The notes: generated by a model not told the origin, from the letters alone. A stretch of DNA of 63,054 nucleotides, filler included, from 11 parts of 11 records of this genome joined end to end with filler, not necessarily neighbours in it; one strand, 5' to 3'. Positions 41,112 through 52,368 are shown, counted from the whole stretch's first letter. Made by a program: numbers and translations.

Positions 41112-44100
41112 ATGCCGAAAATCACTCGTATTTTCTTTCTTTCCCTGTTGATATTCATCACCCATGTTGCAGCCGCCTTCGGAAATACCGAACCCTTATG
41201 GTACCATACAACGCAAGGGTCTCTGTTTTACGTTACATCAGAATCCGTGGGCCTGCCGGACGGGTTTAAAGCCAAACCGGACGTTTTTGTAACCCGAAAC
41301 GGTTCCTCCGCCGACGGACACCCCGTTGAAGTCCTGGTTAGCCCTGAGTATTTCGAGAGGAATTCGGTAAACAGCATCGCTTGTCAGGTGAAAACCCCTT
41401 TGGCGGCGGGCGCCTACACCCTTTGGCTTCAGCCCGCCGGGGACGAACCGGGTCAACAGGCCGACGGTCCCATTCCGGTTACGGACCGATTCATGGTGGA
41501 AGAACCGGTGATTGAATCGGTCCTGCTGAAAGAAGACGGCAACACTCCCAAGGCGACCCTGGTGGGTCGCTTTTTCGGCGCCGAGGGGATCAAGATATGG
41601 ATTGGGTCGAAGAATTTCGGTCCCATCAGGGGGTCGGCTTTTTCGGGAGGAGTGTTTCGCCCCTGTAAAATCGAGCAGCCCTACCGATTCGCCGATGCCG
41701 CATCCCAACCGGGGACCAGCTGCATGGATCCGCGAAACGGATTCAGCGAGCTTTCATTTGCCTTCCCCCATGCGCCGGTGGAACCCGGGGAATACACCGT
41801 CGGGTTGCGCAATCCGGCCGGAATGGAGGCATTCGCCACCCTTCAGGTGGGGCAATCCAGGGAAGAAGTGAATGTCATCCTGGACGTGGGTCCGGATCCG
41901 GCGGCGGGGGCCACAACACCTGAATCCGGCACGGGATTCACCGTCAATTCCGGCGAATCCGTCCGGATCATTGCCACGCCTTCCCTTCATTATACCTTCG
42001 GCGGCTGGACGGCCCGGGGAAATGCGGCTTTTGAAGATGCGGGGGCGTTAAAGACCCGTGTTACCGTCTATGAAGATGCGCTCATCACCGCCGATTTCAT
42101 TGCCAATCCCATCTTAACCATGAGAGTCTCTCTGCCGGAGGGCGGAACCACCGTGCCCCTGCCCGATCAAAGCTCAGCGGTAACACCGGGCGAATCCGTT
42201 GAAATTTCCGCCGGTTCTTTTTCCGGCTGGCATTTCGCGGGGTGGACCGCTTCCGAAAACGCTTCATTAAGCAATCATATGGCTTTAACGACCAATGTTA
42301 CCGTTACCGGGGACGCAGAGGTCACGGCGAACTTCGTTGAGAACGGCGTCTCCGGGGTCCAGTTCGCCGGCCTTGTTTCTGCTGAATCCGACACTTATGA
42401 GGCTGAAGGAGAAGCCAAATCTTTCCTTTGGCTGACCTGGGCGCCAGCCATATGCGTGGACACCGCGAAAGGGGACGTCAAGTATCAAATTTACATCGGC
42501 GAATCAAATTCCTTTGAAGAGCTCTTTCAGGAACAAAATCTGGCGTCATCCGTTATGGGAGTTCTGAGCGCCAAGGTTCAGGTCCGGAACGGACCGGTCG
42601 TCCTCTACGCACAGGCTATAGCGGTGGACAATCAAGGCAACGCCAGCATTCCCGAGCAACCCATGAAAATATCAGTGGGTGAAGCAACTGTTTATAAAGG
42701 GAGACTGGTAAATCTGCTGAATTTGGTCGGTGCGGATAACTACCAATTATCGGAGGACGAAAAAATCGTCACGCTGAAAGGCGATTACTGGGAGTCGGTC
42801 GGTTATGGAGATGTTGTGGAGGTTGCAATTCCCGGCATTCCCCCGGCGAAACTCCAAAAAGTTTCCCTCATATACCTTGACGAAGATGATAATACCGTCA
42901 TTTGGCTGGAAGACGGCAGCTTATCCGACGTTATCGAATCCGGTGAAATCAGCGGCGCTCTGTCCATGAACTCATCTTTGAAGGACAGCCTGTCCCGGGA
43001 AGCGCCGGAAGAAAATTCGGATGATGCTGTATGGGGACCACGCATTCGTGAAGAACAAATGGCGAATCATCGGGTTTATAGGCATCCTGAAAACCGTTTC
43101 CTCCTGATGGATCGTTCTTCCGACCGGTCCGGAAATCCAATTGAAAAAAACGCTCGATTTGTAATTGACATTAACCCGGACGTCAGGTTCGAGTATTCCG
43201 TAAACATTTCCCGTAGTAAATTTGATTACTCAATCCCCATTCTGAACGGTACGTTAAGCCATTTTTCCCTTTACGGTGACATACAGTTCAGCATTCATGG
43301 GGAATTGTACATTGACTCGACGGGTGATTACAACTTCGAAAAAAAAGGGATATATCTAGACAACCAAACCATCATCAAGAAATACCCGGATCAAGCCTAC
43401 GGCATTCGCGCTTTGTCCAAGTATCTGGATTTCTATCTATTGATGAACATCAAATACAAGGGCAAGTCTAACCTTAAAATCGTCGAACATTTTGACGCGG
43501 ACGTCAGTTTCAAATTCAAGAGCTCATGGGACTATAAAAACGGGTGGAAATGCCAGCCCGTGAATAAAATTGACCAACAACTTCGAGTTGATTCCGGAGG
43601 CGTTTTTTCGGGAACCCTGAACATGGATTTTTCAACGAAGATGCGTTTCGGCCTAAATTCCGGCCTTAAATGCCGAGCCTGGATGAAAAATTGCGCTTTA
43701 GCAACCACTGGGGCACATATAAATTTCCTTAATGAACTCATTTTTTCTGATTTAACGCTATGGGCGGGACAAGAGATCAATGTGCTAACCTCAGCCAACG
43801 CCCTTAAAACGTCTCTTCAACCCTTCACATATGTTCCTCCCGATAAATGGGATAAAATTTTTTCGTTGCCGCGCCTTAGTGACATTCCCTATGCAGCCAA
43901 TCCAACCCCTGCCGGGTCTACTGACGAACCAACGAATGACGAATGGGAATTCATTCCTCAAAAAACCCAGATATGGGAAGACGGCGTAAACAACCCCATC
44001 AGTAGGGCAAAATGGAAGTGGTACAAGGAAAAAGAAGGGAAAATGGTGGAAACGGACGCCCGCAGCCGCCCCTCCTTTCGTATCAGCAAAGTCAAGCAAT

Positions 44101-44306
44101 ACCCCGCGGTTGAGCCCAATCCATACGAACTGTGGATTCTTGCTCAATATTGGGGGATCAACCTACCGAAATATGATCCGGAACAACCGAACCACACGGA
44201 CATATACTATCTTCGGGCACGCCCCGTTTGTTCCAACGTCCCCGATTTTCTTATTCCGGAGAAGTGGTGGAAAGTATGGGTAACCGAGAATGACGAGAAT
44301 GATTAG
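41112..44306 (+). CDS. large secreted protein with InlB-B/Flg_new-like repeats and an FN3-like module
   Basis: AAGGAG RBS, signal peptide, repeats GESVRIIATP...YTFGGWT and GESVEISA...WHFAGWT...VTANF; 1064 aa. Confidence 0.8.
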   Translation: MPKITRIFFLSLLIFITHVAAAFGNTEPLWYHTTQGSLFYVTSESVGLPDGFKAKPDVFVTRNGSSADGHPVEVLVSPEYFERNSVNSIACQVKTPLAAGAYTLWLQPAGDEPGQQADGPIPVTDRFMVEEPVIESVLLKEDGNTPKATLVGRFFGAEGIKIWIGSKNFGPIRGSAFSGGVFRPCKIEQPYRFADAASQPGTSCMDPRNGFSELSFAFPHAPVEPGEYTVGLRNPAGMEAFATLQVGQSREEVNVILDVGPDPAAGATTPESGTGFTVNSGESVRIIATPSLHYTFGGWTARGNAAFEDAGALKTRVTVYEDALITADFIANPILTMRVSLPEGGTTVPLPDQSSAVTPGESVEISAGSFSGWHFAGWTASENASLSNHMALTTNVTVTGDAEVTANFVENGVSGVQFAGLVSAESDTYEAEGEAKSFLWLTWAPAICVDTAKGDVKYQIYIGESNSFEELFQEQNLASSVMGVLSAKVQVRNGPVVLYAQAIAVDNQGNASIPEQPMKISVGEATVYKGRLVNLLNLVGADNYQLSEDEKIVTLKGDYWESVGYGDVVEVAIPGIPPAKLQKVSLIYLDEDDNTVIWLEDGSLSDVIESGEISGALSMNSSLKDSLSREAPEENSDDAVWGPRIREEQMANHRVYRHPENRFLLMDRSSDRSGNPIEKNARFVIDINPDVRFEYSVNISRSKFDYSIPILNGTLSHFSLYGDIQFSIHGELYIDSTGDYNFEKKGIYLDNQTIIKKYPDQAYGIRALSKYLDFYLLMNIKYKGKSNLKIVEHFDADVSFKFKSSWDYKNGWKCQPVNKIDQQLRVDSGGVFSGTLNMDFSTKMRFGLNSGLKCRAWMKNCALATTGAHINFLNELIFSDLTLWAGQEINVLTSANALKTSLQPFTYVPPDKWDKIFSLPRLSDIPYAANPTPAGSTDEPTNDEWEFIPQKTQIWEDGVNNPISRAKWKWYKEKEGKMVETDARSRPSFRISKVKQYPAVEPNPYELWILAQYWGINLPKYDPEQPNHTDIYYLRARPVCSNVPDFLIPEKWWKVWVTENDEND

Positions 44307-44351
44307 ATTCCAACCATCAGGAACGGGTTTTATCAGGAGCAAGCCAAACCG

Positions 44352-45438
44352 ATGAAAATTATAGCCAGATTGTGCTTTTTGTCTTTCGTGATATTGTCAG
44401 TGTGTGGATACAGCCTCTCGGGATTTGCCGGGGACGCCATTGAGATCACCTCGGGATCCGTCATCAAGATCACCGCATCCGACGCGGGGCTTAAATCCTT
44501 TAAAAACAAACCCCTGGTTTTTATACTCTATGAAGAAGGGTTTTCCGGTTATAACCGTCTCACCGTTATAACGCCCGCGTCCATGTTCCAAGGGGAAGGA
44601 ACCCGGGAAATATTGTGTCAATTCCCGGACAAAACGCCGATCGGCGCCGCTGAAATATGGCTGACGTCTTTGGATCGAATTGGGTTTCTCAAGCTCATGC
44701 CTATTTATGAAGACGTCATCGTAAAAACACCCGAAATCACGGATGTGCTTCGATGTCCCGGACCGGATGAAAGAGACGTCTATGTGCTGAATGGGAGTTT
44801 TTTCGGTATGAATCCTGAAGTTTCCGTTTTTTTTGACCAGGACGGCGTTACCCGATCCATTCCGTGCCGCAATGTGCTTCCATTGCCCTTCCCCGACGCC
44901 CTCGGGCGGCCGGATGCCGGTTGCATGGACCCGTTCGGCGGCAACAGCCGATTGAAAGTAATGCCCGCGGAAGCGCTTCCCGTTGACGTGGATTTATGGA
45001 TGGAACTGAAAAGCGGCACCGGAAAGACAACGATTCAACTGGAGCGAAAACTGAGAAGCGATGTTATGCTGAAAATCAAAAATGCGCCATCCGACCTGGG
45101 GAGCACCTCCCCCGAACCGGGCGAGTATCTGATTCCCTTGGGAGAGCCCTTTGAAATATCCGCCATACCGATCCATAGTAGCGATCAGAAAGCCTATTTT
45201 AACGGTTGGCGGCTTGAGGGGAATGGTTCCATCCTGGAAGTTCCCGATGGCACCGTCTTTGTAACATTAGAGGGGGACACAACCGTGACGGCCGCCTTTT
45301 CATTGCAGCCCGAGATAACCCTTCAAGCCGAACCTTTTGACGGCGGAACCGTCCAAACCGAACTCACGGGCGACACTGCTCCCACATTGAACAAAGCCTT
45401 TGGAATCAGCGCCGGTCCCGCGGAAGGATTCCGGTTCA
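44352..45438 (+). CDS. secreted paralog of the upstream protein (3' truncated)
   Basis: Shared N-terminal motifs (GS..., FKxKP, GxFFG, PC...FxDA...CMDP..G.S.L) and the same repeat type (YFNGW...VTAAF). Confidence 0.8.
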
Positions 45439-45538
45439 NNNNNNNNNNNNNNNNNNNNNNNNNNNNNNNNNNNNNNNNNNNNTTAATTAATTAANNNNNN
45501 NNNNNNNNNNNNNNNNNNNNNNNNNNNNNNNNNNNNNN
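45439..45538. other. artificial contig spacer
   Basis: N44-TTAATTAATTAA-N44. Confidence 0.99.
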
Positions 45539-45693
45539 AATGGCTCGAAAACTTTGCTTATAAAACCAATTTAAGCTGGTGGATTTTTGCCGGCGCAGGT
45601 GTAGCCGTTCTTTCCATTGCATTATTTACCGTTAGTTTTCAGAGCTGGAAAGCGGCCTCCAGAAATCCGGTTGAAGCATTAAGATATGAGTAA
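45539..45693 (+). CDS. FtsX/MacB-like ABC permease, C-terminal fragment
   Basis: Translated by hand: WLENFAYKTNLSWWIF...TVSFQSWKAASRNPVEALRYE*, the typical Bacteroidetes C-terminus. Confidence 0.9.
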
Positions 45694-45716
45694 TACAATT
45701 GCTACATTCAAAAGAA

Positions 45717-46901
45717 TTAGCGTTTTTGCCGGGCCCATTTTGCCACAATAATCATCTGGAAAATAATAAAGGGTAAATTAATCAACAACAACATTTTCCA
45801 ACCCACAGCAAAAATAAACCAGCCCGCCGAAAGTGATGCCACTGCCTGAACACCAAAAATTACAAAGTCGTTAACAGCCTGCACCTTAAAACGTTCGCTT
45901 GATTTATAAGCCTGCGGAAGTAAAGTTGTAGCGCCAATAAACAGAAAGTTCCATCCTACACCAAGCAACACCAGCGAAACCCAGTAATTCCCTAAATCTT
46001 TTCCTGCAAATGCAATAACAATACAAATCAGATAAGCGATTAAACCGGTAATCATCATTTTCGAAACACCCAGTTTTTTAATAACCCAGGCTGTAATCAG
46101 CGATGGTAAAAACATGGCTACAATATGACTTTGAATTACCCATTTTGTGTGTCCCAGCGAGTGACCGTCCATAACGTGCATACTTACCGGCGTGGCGGTC
46201 ATAATAAAACTCATTACAGCATAACCAATGGTTGCACTTAATAAGGCCACCCAGAAAATACGCTGTTTAAGAATAATCTTCAGCGGTCGTTGTGGATTGT
46301 CCGTTTTTTCTTCGTGAATAACCGGATTTTTAAATCCAAGTAAAAACAACAATGCGACAACAAATAATCCGGCAAGTAAAATAAACGATCCGGCAAATTC
46401 AACATTCAGTAAATCTTTCCCAATCATGGCAATTTCAGGCCCTAAAAATGCTGCTGCAATTCCGCCAACCAACACCATTGATGCAGCTTTGGGAATTTTT
46501 TCCTCTGATACACTTTCCATCGAAGCAAACCGAAACTGCATAACACACGAATAAGTTGCACCAAACAAAAAAGTACTCAGGCAAAACAGATAAAAACTGG
46601 AAATTGAAATGGCATAACCTGCCAGAAAAGCCACAAGAATTGAATAAATTCCTATGATAAAAAACGATCGCCGGCGCCCAATTCTGTTCATCAATAAAGT
46701 TACTGGAGGGATAGTAATCGCTGTGCCCACAACAATACTGGCAACAGGCAAAGTAGCCAGGTTTTCAAGCGGTGCAAGCTGTGCACCTACCAGCCCGCCA
46801 ACAAAAACCACCATTGAACTTACAGATAATATTAAAGCCTGTGAAATGGTAAGAATCCACACATTTTGTGGAAGACCACCGATTAATTGGGTTTTATTCA
46901 T
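45717..46901 (-). CDS. MFS transporter
   Basis: About 12 TM segments, LMNRIGRR, QFRFASME, IQSHIVAMFLPS, LLGVGWNF. Confidence 0.9.
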   Translation of the reverse strand: MNKTQLIGGLPQNVWILTISQALILSVSSMVVFVGGLVGAQLAPLENLATLPVASIVVGTAITIPPVTLLMNRIGRRRSFFIIGIYSILVAFLAGYAISISSFYLFCLSTFLFGATYSCVMQFRFASMESVSEEKIPKAASMVLVGGIAAAFLGPEIAMIGKDLLNVEFAGSFILLAGLFVVALLFLLGFKNPVIHEEKTDNPQRPLKIILKQRIFWVALLSATIGYAVMSFIMTATPVSMHVMDGHSLGHTKWVIQSHIVAMFLPSLITAWVIKKLGVSKMMITGLIAYLICIVIAFAGKDLGNYWVSLVLLGVGWNFLFIGATTLLPQAYKSSERFKVQAVNDFVIFGVQAVASLSAGWFIFAVGWKMLLLINLPFIIFQMIIVAKWARQKR

Positions 46902-47035
46902 TTGGTATCAGTTATCGTATTGAAAGTTTAACTTCTTTTTACAGAAGATAACACAACAACGATCAACTAATGCTGAATGTTCGGAAACAGAGCTTTGAAT
47001 CTCTTAAAATATACGATTATTATTATCTCAGGAAA

Positions 47036-48568
47036 CTACTTTTTTATTGAATTTATGGCTTCTCCGATTCTGGAGATTGTTTCTTCTTTCCCTAGTATTT
47101 CACAAATTACAAATAAATCGGGGCCCATATTACCACCAACCAAACACAGTCGCAACGGATTCATAATCATGCCAAATCCCCACTCTTTTTCATTCATAAA
47201 AGTTGAAAAGGTTTCCTTTATTGAATCGGCATTCCAGCTTTCAACAGCACTAAAAACACCATTTATTTCAGTGAGCTTTTCAGGAGTATCTTCTTTCCAG
47301 CGCTTTTTAACCGTTTTTTCATCGTAAGAATCGGGTGCCACAAAAAAGAAATAACTTTGTTCCCATAAATCGGAAACAAATTCGCATCGCTCTTTTACTT
47401 CATCAACTACCCTCTCCACTTTTTCAGGATTTGCCGAGATTCCCTTTTCCTTTAAAACAGCTGTAAATAATTCAGAAAGTTCTTGTACTGTTTTTTGCTG
47501 AAAATAATGTTTATTGAACCATTTTGCTTTCTCCGGATCGAAACGTGATCCTGATTTCACCACCCTTTCCAAACTAAATAATTCTGTTAATTCACTAATT
47601 GACATTATTTCCTGTTCGGTTCCCGGATTCCAGCCCAGCAAAGCCAGCAGATTAATAAATGCCTCAGGGAAATATCCTTCTTCGCGATACCCTTTTGAAA
47701 CATCGCCGGTTTCAGGATCTTTCCATTCCAACGGAAAAACAGGAAATCCCATTTTATCGCCATCGCGTTTACTAAGTTTACCTTTTCCAACTGGTTTCAA
47801 TATTAGAGGGAGATGAGCAAAACGAGGTTTAGTATCTTCCCAGCCTAAAGCTTTATAAAGCAAAACATGCAATGGCATCGAAGGCAACCACTCTTCCCCG
47901 CGGATAACATGCGTAATTTTCATTAAATGATCGTCGACTACATTTGCCAAATGGTAAGTTGGCATTCCGTCCGATTTAAAAAGAACTTTGTCGTCGAGAC
48001 TTTTTGTTGTATTGAAAGTTACCTGTCCGCGAATTAAATCGGTTTCTGTAACATCCAAATTCTCTGGCATTTTAAACCGGATTACATAATTTTCACCCGC
48101 TTCTATTTTTTGCTGAACTTCATTTCCCGATAATTTTAATGAATTATTCAGGGTTTCGCGTGTACCAATTCCGTAAGAAAAAGTTTCTTTTTTCGCTTCT
48201 GCTTCCTTTCGCAGCGCATCAATTTCTTCCGAAGTATCAAAAGCATAATAAGCCCAACCCGAATCAACCAGTTGGTCGGCATATTTTTTATATAAATCTT
48301 TACGCTCGCTTTGGCGATAAGGGCCAAATTCACCTCCAATTCCCGGACCTTCAACCGGATTTAATCCGCACCATTTTAAGCTTTCAATAATATATTCCTC
48401 TGCTCCCGGCACAAACCGCGTTTGATCGGTATCTTCAATACGAAGAATAAAATCGCCGCCAAGTTTTTTAGCAAACAAATAATTAAACAGTGCAGTTCTT
48501 ACGCCACCCATGTGCAGCGGACCTGTTGGACTTGGGGCAAAACGTACCCTTACTTTTGATTGGCTCAT
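47036..48568 (-). CDS. gltX: glutamate--tRNA ligase
   Basis: RFAPSPTGPLHMGG, RIEDTD, KLSKR. Confidence 0.98.
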   Translation of the reverse strand: MSQSKVRVRFAPSPTGPLHMGGVRTALFNYLFAKKLGGDFILRIEDTDQTRFVPGAEEYIIESLKWCGLNPVEGPGIGGEFGPYRQSERKDLYKKYADQLVDSGWAYYAFDTSEEIDALRKEAEAKKETFSYGIGTRETLNNSLKLSGNEVQQKIEAGENYVIRFKMPENLDVTETDLIRGQVTFNTTKSLDDKVLFKSDGMPTYHLANVVDDHLMKITHVIRGEEWLPSMPLHVLLYKALGWEDTKPRFAHLPLILKPVGKGKLSKRDGDKMGFPVFPLEWKDPETGDVSKGYREEGYFPEAFINLLALLGWNPGTEQEIMSISELTELFSLERVVKSGSRFDPEKAKWFNKHYFQQKTVQELSELFTAVLKEKGISANPEKVERVVDEVKERCEFVSDLWEQSYFFFVAPDSYDEKTVKKRWKEDTPEKLTEINGVFSAVESWNADSIKETFSTFMNEKEWGFGMIMNPLRLCLVGGNMGPDLFVICEILGKEETISRIGEAINSIKK

Positions 48569-48590
48569 CGTTTGTTTTAATATTTTGGTG

Positions 48591-48598
48591 CAAAGATA
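48591..48598 (-). promoter_or_regulatory. Bacteroidetes -7 promoter element of gltX
   Basis: TATCTTTG matches TAnnTTTG, about 22 nt upstream of the ATG. Confidence 0.65.
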
Positions 48599-48700
48599 AA
48601 ATAAAATAGAAACCCTATTTTTATGAACTCAGCATTTAACTCCTTTTCAAAAAAAGGGAATTATAATTACTTTTAAATCCGGATTCAATAAATTAAGAGA

Positions 48701-50923
48701 ATGAATAAAAAGTCGAGAAAAAATAAAAAGTCATCAGACAGGAATGATTTTATCGATATAATTTTTTCAACTAAAAATAGATGGTGGTTTATTCTTGCAT
48801 TGGTTGTTATAACATTTGCGGTGTTTAGCCCAACTTTAAACAATGATTTTGTGAGATGGGACGACAATCAATACGTAACTGAGAACGAATTAATTAAAGA
48901 AATCTCTATCGATGAACTCGGCAAATTTGGTAATAATGTTGGTGGAAACTTTCATCCTCTTACAATGATTTCGCTGGCTTTGGATTATCATTTTTTTGGA
49001 TTAAATCCTTTTTATTTTCATCTGAAAAGTCTACTTTTTCATTTGTTTAATACTATTTTGGTTTTTTTCTTCATATTGAAAATTTCCAAAAAAAACGTTT
49101 TTGTTTCCTTTTCCACTGCATTACTTTTTGGTATTCACCCAATGCATGTGGAGTCGGTGGCCTGGGTATCTGAAAGAAAAGATGTTTTATTTTCATTTTA
49201 TTTTCTTGCCGGTTTACTTTTGTATTATGAATATCGTGAAAGCAAAAAAATTATTTTTTATTTCCTTGCAATAGTTTCTTTTCTATTATCTGCCCTGGCC
49301 AAATCAGCTGCAGTAGTTTTTCCAGTGATCCTTTTACTAGTCGATTTTTATGAAAATAAAAAGCTGGAATTAAAATCACTATTACAAAAAATTCCGTTTT
49401 TTGCCATCTCATTATGGATTGGAATTATTGCATTAAATACGCAATCGGAAGTTGGAGCCTTGGAGAAAAATGCATTTTCATTTTTCGAAAAATTAAAGGT
49501 GGCATCCGGTGGAAATTTTATGTATTTTAAAAAATTCTTTGCTCCATCTTCAATGGTTGCATATTACCCAATTCCTAATTTCAATGATAATTCTTTGTTC
49601 TATCTATTCTCTATTTTATTTAGTGCTTTTCTCATTTTTATCATCGTAAAGTTATACAAAAAGCAACCCTGGGTTTCATGGGGTCTTGCTTTCTATTTTG
49701 TTACAATAATATTAGTACTACAGTTTTTACAAGTGGGTGGCTCATTTATTTTCGACCGTTATACTTATCTTCCATATATTGGATTAGGATTTGTTTATTT
49801 TACATTTTTCTCAATTTTGTTTAAAGAATTTAAAAGAATAAAATCTTTCCTGATTACAGTTCTCATTTTACAATCTGGTTTTTGGGCTTTTACAACTTAT
49901 GTTCAGACAAAAGTGTGGACAAATACAGAAACACTTTGGACAAATTTCATTGATGAATATCCATTGGAATCGTCGAATGCACACAACAACCTGGGAGAAT
50001 ATTATTATTTAAACGGAGATAGTACCAAAGCTTTATCGGAGTACAACAAATCAATCGAAATTGACATTAATAATTACAGAGCCTATACTATGAGAGGCCG
50101 GTTCTATTTTGAATCGAAACAATATGAATTGGCTAAAAGCGATTTTTCAAAAGCACTCTCAATAAAAACCGATTATGTAGAAGCTTTAAAAGGAAGAAGT
50201 GCTGTTAGCTATTTCCAGGGACAGCTTCAACTTGCATTGGAAGATGTGGAATCTTTACTTGAACTGGATAATTTAAATTTCGATGCTTTAAACCACCGGG
50301 GAAATATTTATATTCAACAAAATAAACTTGACCTTGCTTTGAATGACTTTAACAAAGCTATTTCCATCAATAAAAATTTTCAAGATGCGATAAATAACAA
50401 AGCTCTAGTTCTTGCTTTAATGAATGATTCAACAGCAATTAACCAGTTTAATGCGATTGTTGAAAATGATCCAACTAATTATGTTGCTTTATCGAACAGG
50501 GGAGCCATTAGTTATACGGCAGGAAAATTAGAATCAGCACTTCAGGATTTTAACCATGCATTACAATTGAAAGAGAACTATTCCGAAGCACTTAAGGGAA
50601 GATCTGCAATTTATTACGACCAGAAAGAATATTTAAAAGCTATTCCGGATATTACCACTTTTCTTAATTCGAATCCGGAAAATTACGATATGCTAAACAG
50701 AAGAGCTTTGTGTTATTTAAATACAAATCAACATCAAAAAGCAATAAACGATTTTAATAGTTTAATTGAAATAAATCCAAACGATGGAAGTAAATACCAG
50801 GGAAGGGGATTTATGTATATAAGATTAGGAAATCTGGAAAAAGCACGAGAGGATATAATACTGGCTAAGGAACTTGGAATTGAAATAAATCCAAATATTT
50901 TAGAAGTATTACAAATCCAATAA
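48701..50923 (+). CDS. TMTC-like GT-C membrane glycosyltransferase with C-terminal TPR array
   Basis: FVRWDDNQYV, FHPLT, HPMHVESVAWVSERKD, DRYTYLP, then about 9 TPR repeats. Confidence 0.88.
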   Translation: MNKKSRKNKKSSDRNDFIDIIFSTKNRWWFILALVVITFAVFSPTLNNDFVRWDDNQYVTENELIKEISIDELGKFGNNVGGNFHPLTMISLALDYHFFGLNPFYFHLKSLLFHLFNTILVFFFILKISKKNVFVSFSTALLFGIHPMHVESVAWVSERKDVLFSFYFLAGLLLYYEYRESKKIIFYFLAIVSFLLSALAKSAAVVFPVILLLVDFYENKKLELKSLLQKIPFFAISLWIGIIALNTQSEVGALEKNAFSFFEKLKVASGGNFMYFKKFFAPSSMVAYYPIPNFNDNSLFYLFSILFSAFLIFIIVKLYKKQPWVSWGLAFYFVTIILVLQFLQVGGSFIFDRYTYLPYIGLGFVYFTFFSILFKEFKRIKSFLITVLILQSGFWAFTTYVQTKVWTNTETLWTNFIDEYPLESSNAHNNLGEYYYLNGDSTKALSEYNKSIEIDINNYRAYTMRGRFYFESKQYELAKSDFSKALSIKTDYVEALKGRSAVSYFQGQLQLALEDVESLLELDNLNFDALNHRGNIYIQQNKLDLALNDFNKAISINKNFQDAINNKALVLALMNDSTAINQFNAIVENDPTNYVALSNRGAISYTAGKLESALQDFNHALQLKENYSEALKGRSAIYYDQKEYLKAIPDITTFLNSNPENYDMLNRRALCYLNTNQHQKAINDFNSLIEINPNDGSKYQGRGFMYIRLGNLEKAREDIILAKELGIEINPNILEVLQIQ

Positions 50924-50993
50924 CTGCATTTTATCACACTTTTATTCCCGGCCAATCCTTTATTTTGTAAAATAATTTAAAATTCGCTAAACC

Positions 50994-52181
50994 ATGTACG
51001 GAAAAATAAAGGAAGATCTTAAAAATAACCTGAATGAATTAAAAGAACAGGGATTATATAAAACCGAACGAATAATTACTTCATCACAAAGTTCGGAAAT
51101 TACCGTTGGGAACGAACAAAAAGTGCTTAATTTTTGCGCCAACAATTACCTTGGATTAGCGAATAATCCGGAAGTTATAAAAGCGGCTCAGAATATTATG
51201 ACCGACTGGGGTTTTGGACTTTCATCGGTTCGGTTTATTTGCGGAACACAACAAATTCACAAAGAACTGGAGGAAAAAGTTTCAGCATTTTTAGGAACTG
51301 AAGATACCATTCTCTATTGTGCAGCATTCGATGCAAATGGTGGTGTTTTTGAACCACTTCTTGGCGATGACTCAGCAATCATTTCAGATGAATTAAATCA
51401 TGCTTCCATTATTGATGGTGTTCGGCTCTGTAAAGCACAACGTTTTAGGTACAAACACTCAAATATGGATGAACTTGAACAGTGTCTAAAAGATTCGGCT
51501 TCAGCAAAATATCGTATTATAGTTACCGACGGTGTATTTTCTATGGATGGCGATTTAGCAAAACTTCCAGAAATTGTTGAGTTAGCCGAGAAATACGATT
51601 CCCTGATTATGGTTGACGATTCGCATGCAACAGGTTACATTGGTAATGCCGGACGTGGCACCGCTGAACATTTTGAGTTACTTGGGAAAATAGATATAAT
51701 AACAACCACTTTTGGAAAAGCTATGGGCGGAGGAAACGGAGGTTGCACCTCGGGGCGAAAAGAGATAATTGATATGCTACGTCAGCGTTCCAGACCTTAT
51801 TTGTTTTCGAATACATTGGCTCCGGCAACTGTTGGCGCAACATTGAAAGTAATCGAAATGCTATCGGAATCTGCAGATTTACCGGCCAAAACGATGGCAA
51901 ATGCAGTTCACTTCCGCACAAAAATGGAAGCCGCTGGTTTTGACTTAGTTGATGGAAATACTGCAATTGTTCCGGTTATGATTTACGATGCACCACTGGC
52001 AGTAAAATTTGCCGATGAATTGCTAAAGGAAGGTGTTTATGTAATCGGATTTGTTTTCCCGGTTGTTCCCCGGGGAAAAGCCAGAATTCGGGTTCAGCTT
52101 TCTGCGGCACATACAACCAAACAAATCGACAAAGCAGTTGAAGCATTTATAAAAGTGGGGAAAAAACTGAATATTATTTAA
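50994..52181 (+). CDS. kbl: glycine C-acetyltransferase (2-amino-3-ketobutyrate CoA ligase)
   Basis: NFCANNYLGL, SVRFICGT, LNHASIIDG, DGVFSMDG, RSRPYLFSN, ARIRVQLSAAH. Confidence 0.96.
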   Translation: MYGKIKEDLKNNLNELKEQGLYKTERIITSSQSSEITVGNEQKVLNFCANNYLGLANNPEVIKAAQNIMTDWGFGLSSVRFICGTQQIHKELEEKVSAFLGTEDTILYCAAFDANGGVFEPLLGDDSAIISDELNHASIIDGVRLCKAQRFRYKHSNMDELEQCLKDSASAKYRIIVTDGVFSMDGDLAKLPEIVELAEKYDSLIMVDDSHATGYIGNAGRGTAEHFELLGKIDIITTTFGKAMGGGNGGCTSGRKEIIDMLRQRSRPYLFSNTLAPATVGATLKVIEMLSESADLPAKTMANAVHFRTKMEAAGFDLVDGNTAIVPVMIYDAPLAVKFADELLKEGVYVIGFVFPVVPRGKARIRVQLSAAHTTKQIDKAVEAFIKVGKKLNII

Positions 52182-52202
52182 TCCTAAACCAGTTAAAAAG
52201 TT

Positions 52203-52237
52203 AAGCTGTTCTGAAATTATTTGGAACAGCTTTTTTT
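52203..52237 (+). terminator. intrinsic terminator after kbl
   Basis: AAGCTGTTC/GAACAGCTT stem followed by a T-run. Confidence 0.8.
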
Positions 52238-52268
52238 ATCGGGCTCCGGGAATAGAAATAGTAGAAAC

Positions 52269-52368
52269 NNNNNNNNNNNNNNNNNNNNNNNNNNNNNNNN
52301 NNNNNNNNNNNNTTAATTAATTAANNNNNNNNNNNNNNNNNNNNNNNNNNNNNNNNNNNNNNNNNNNN
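52269..52368. other. artificial contig spacer
   Basis: N44-TTAATTAATTAA-N44. Confidence 0.99.
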
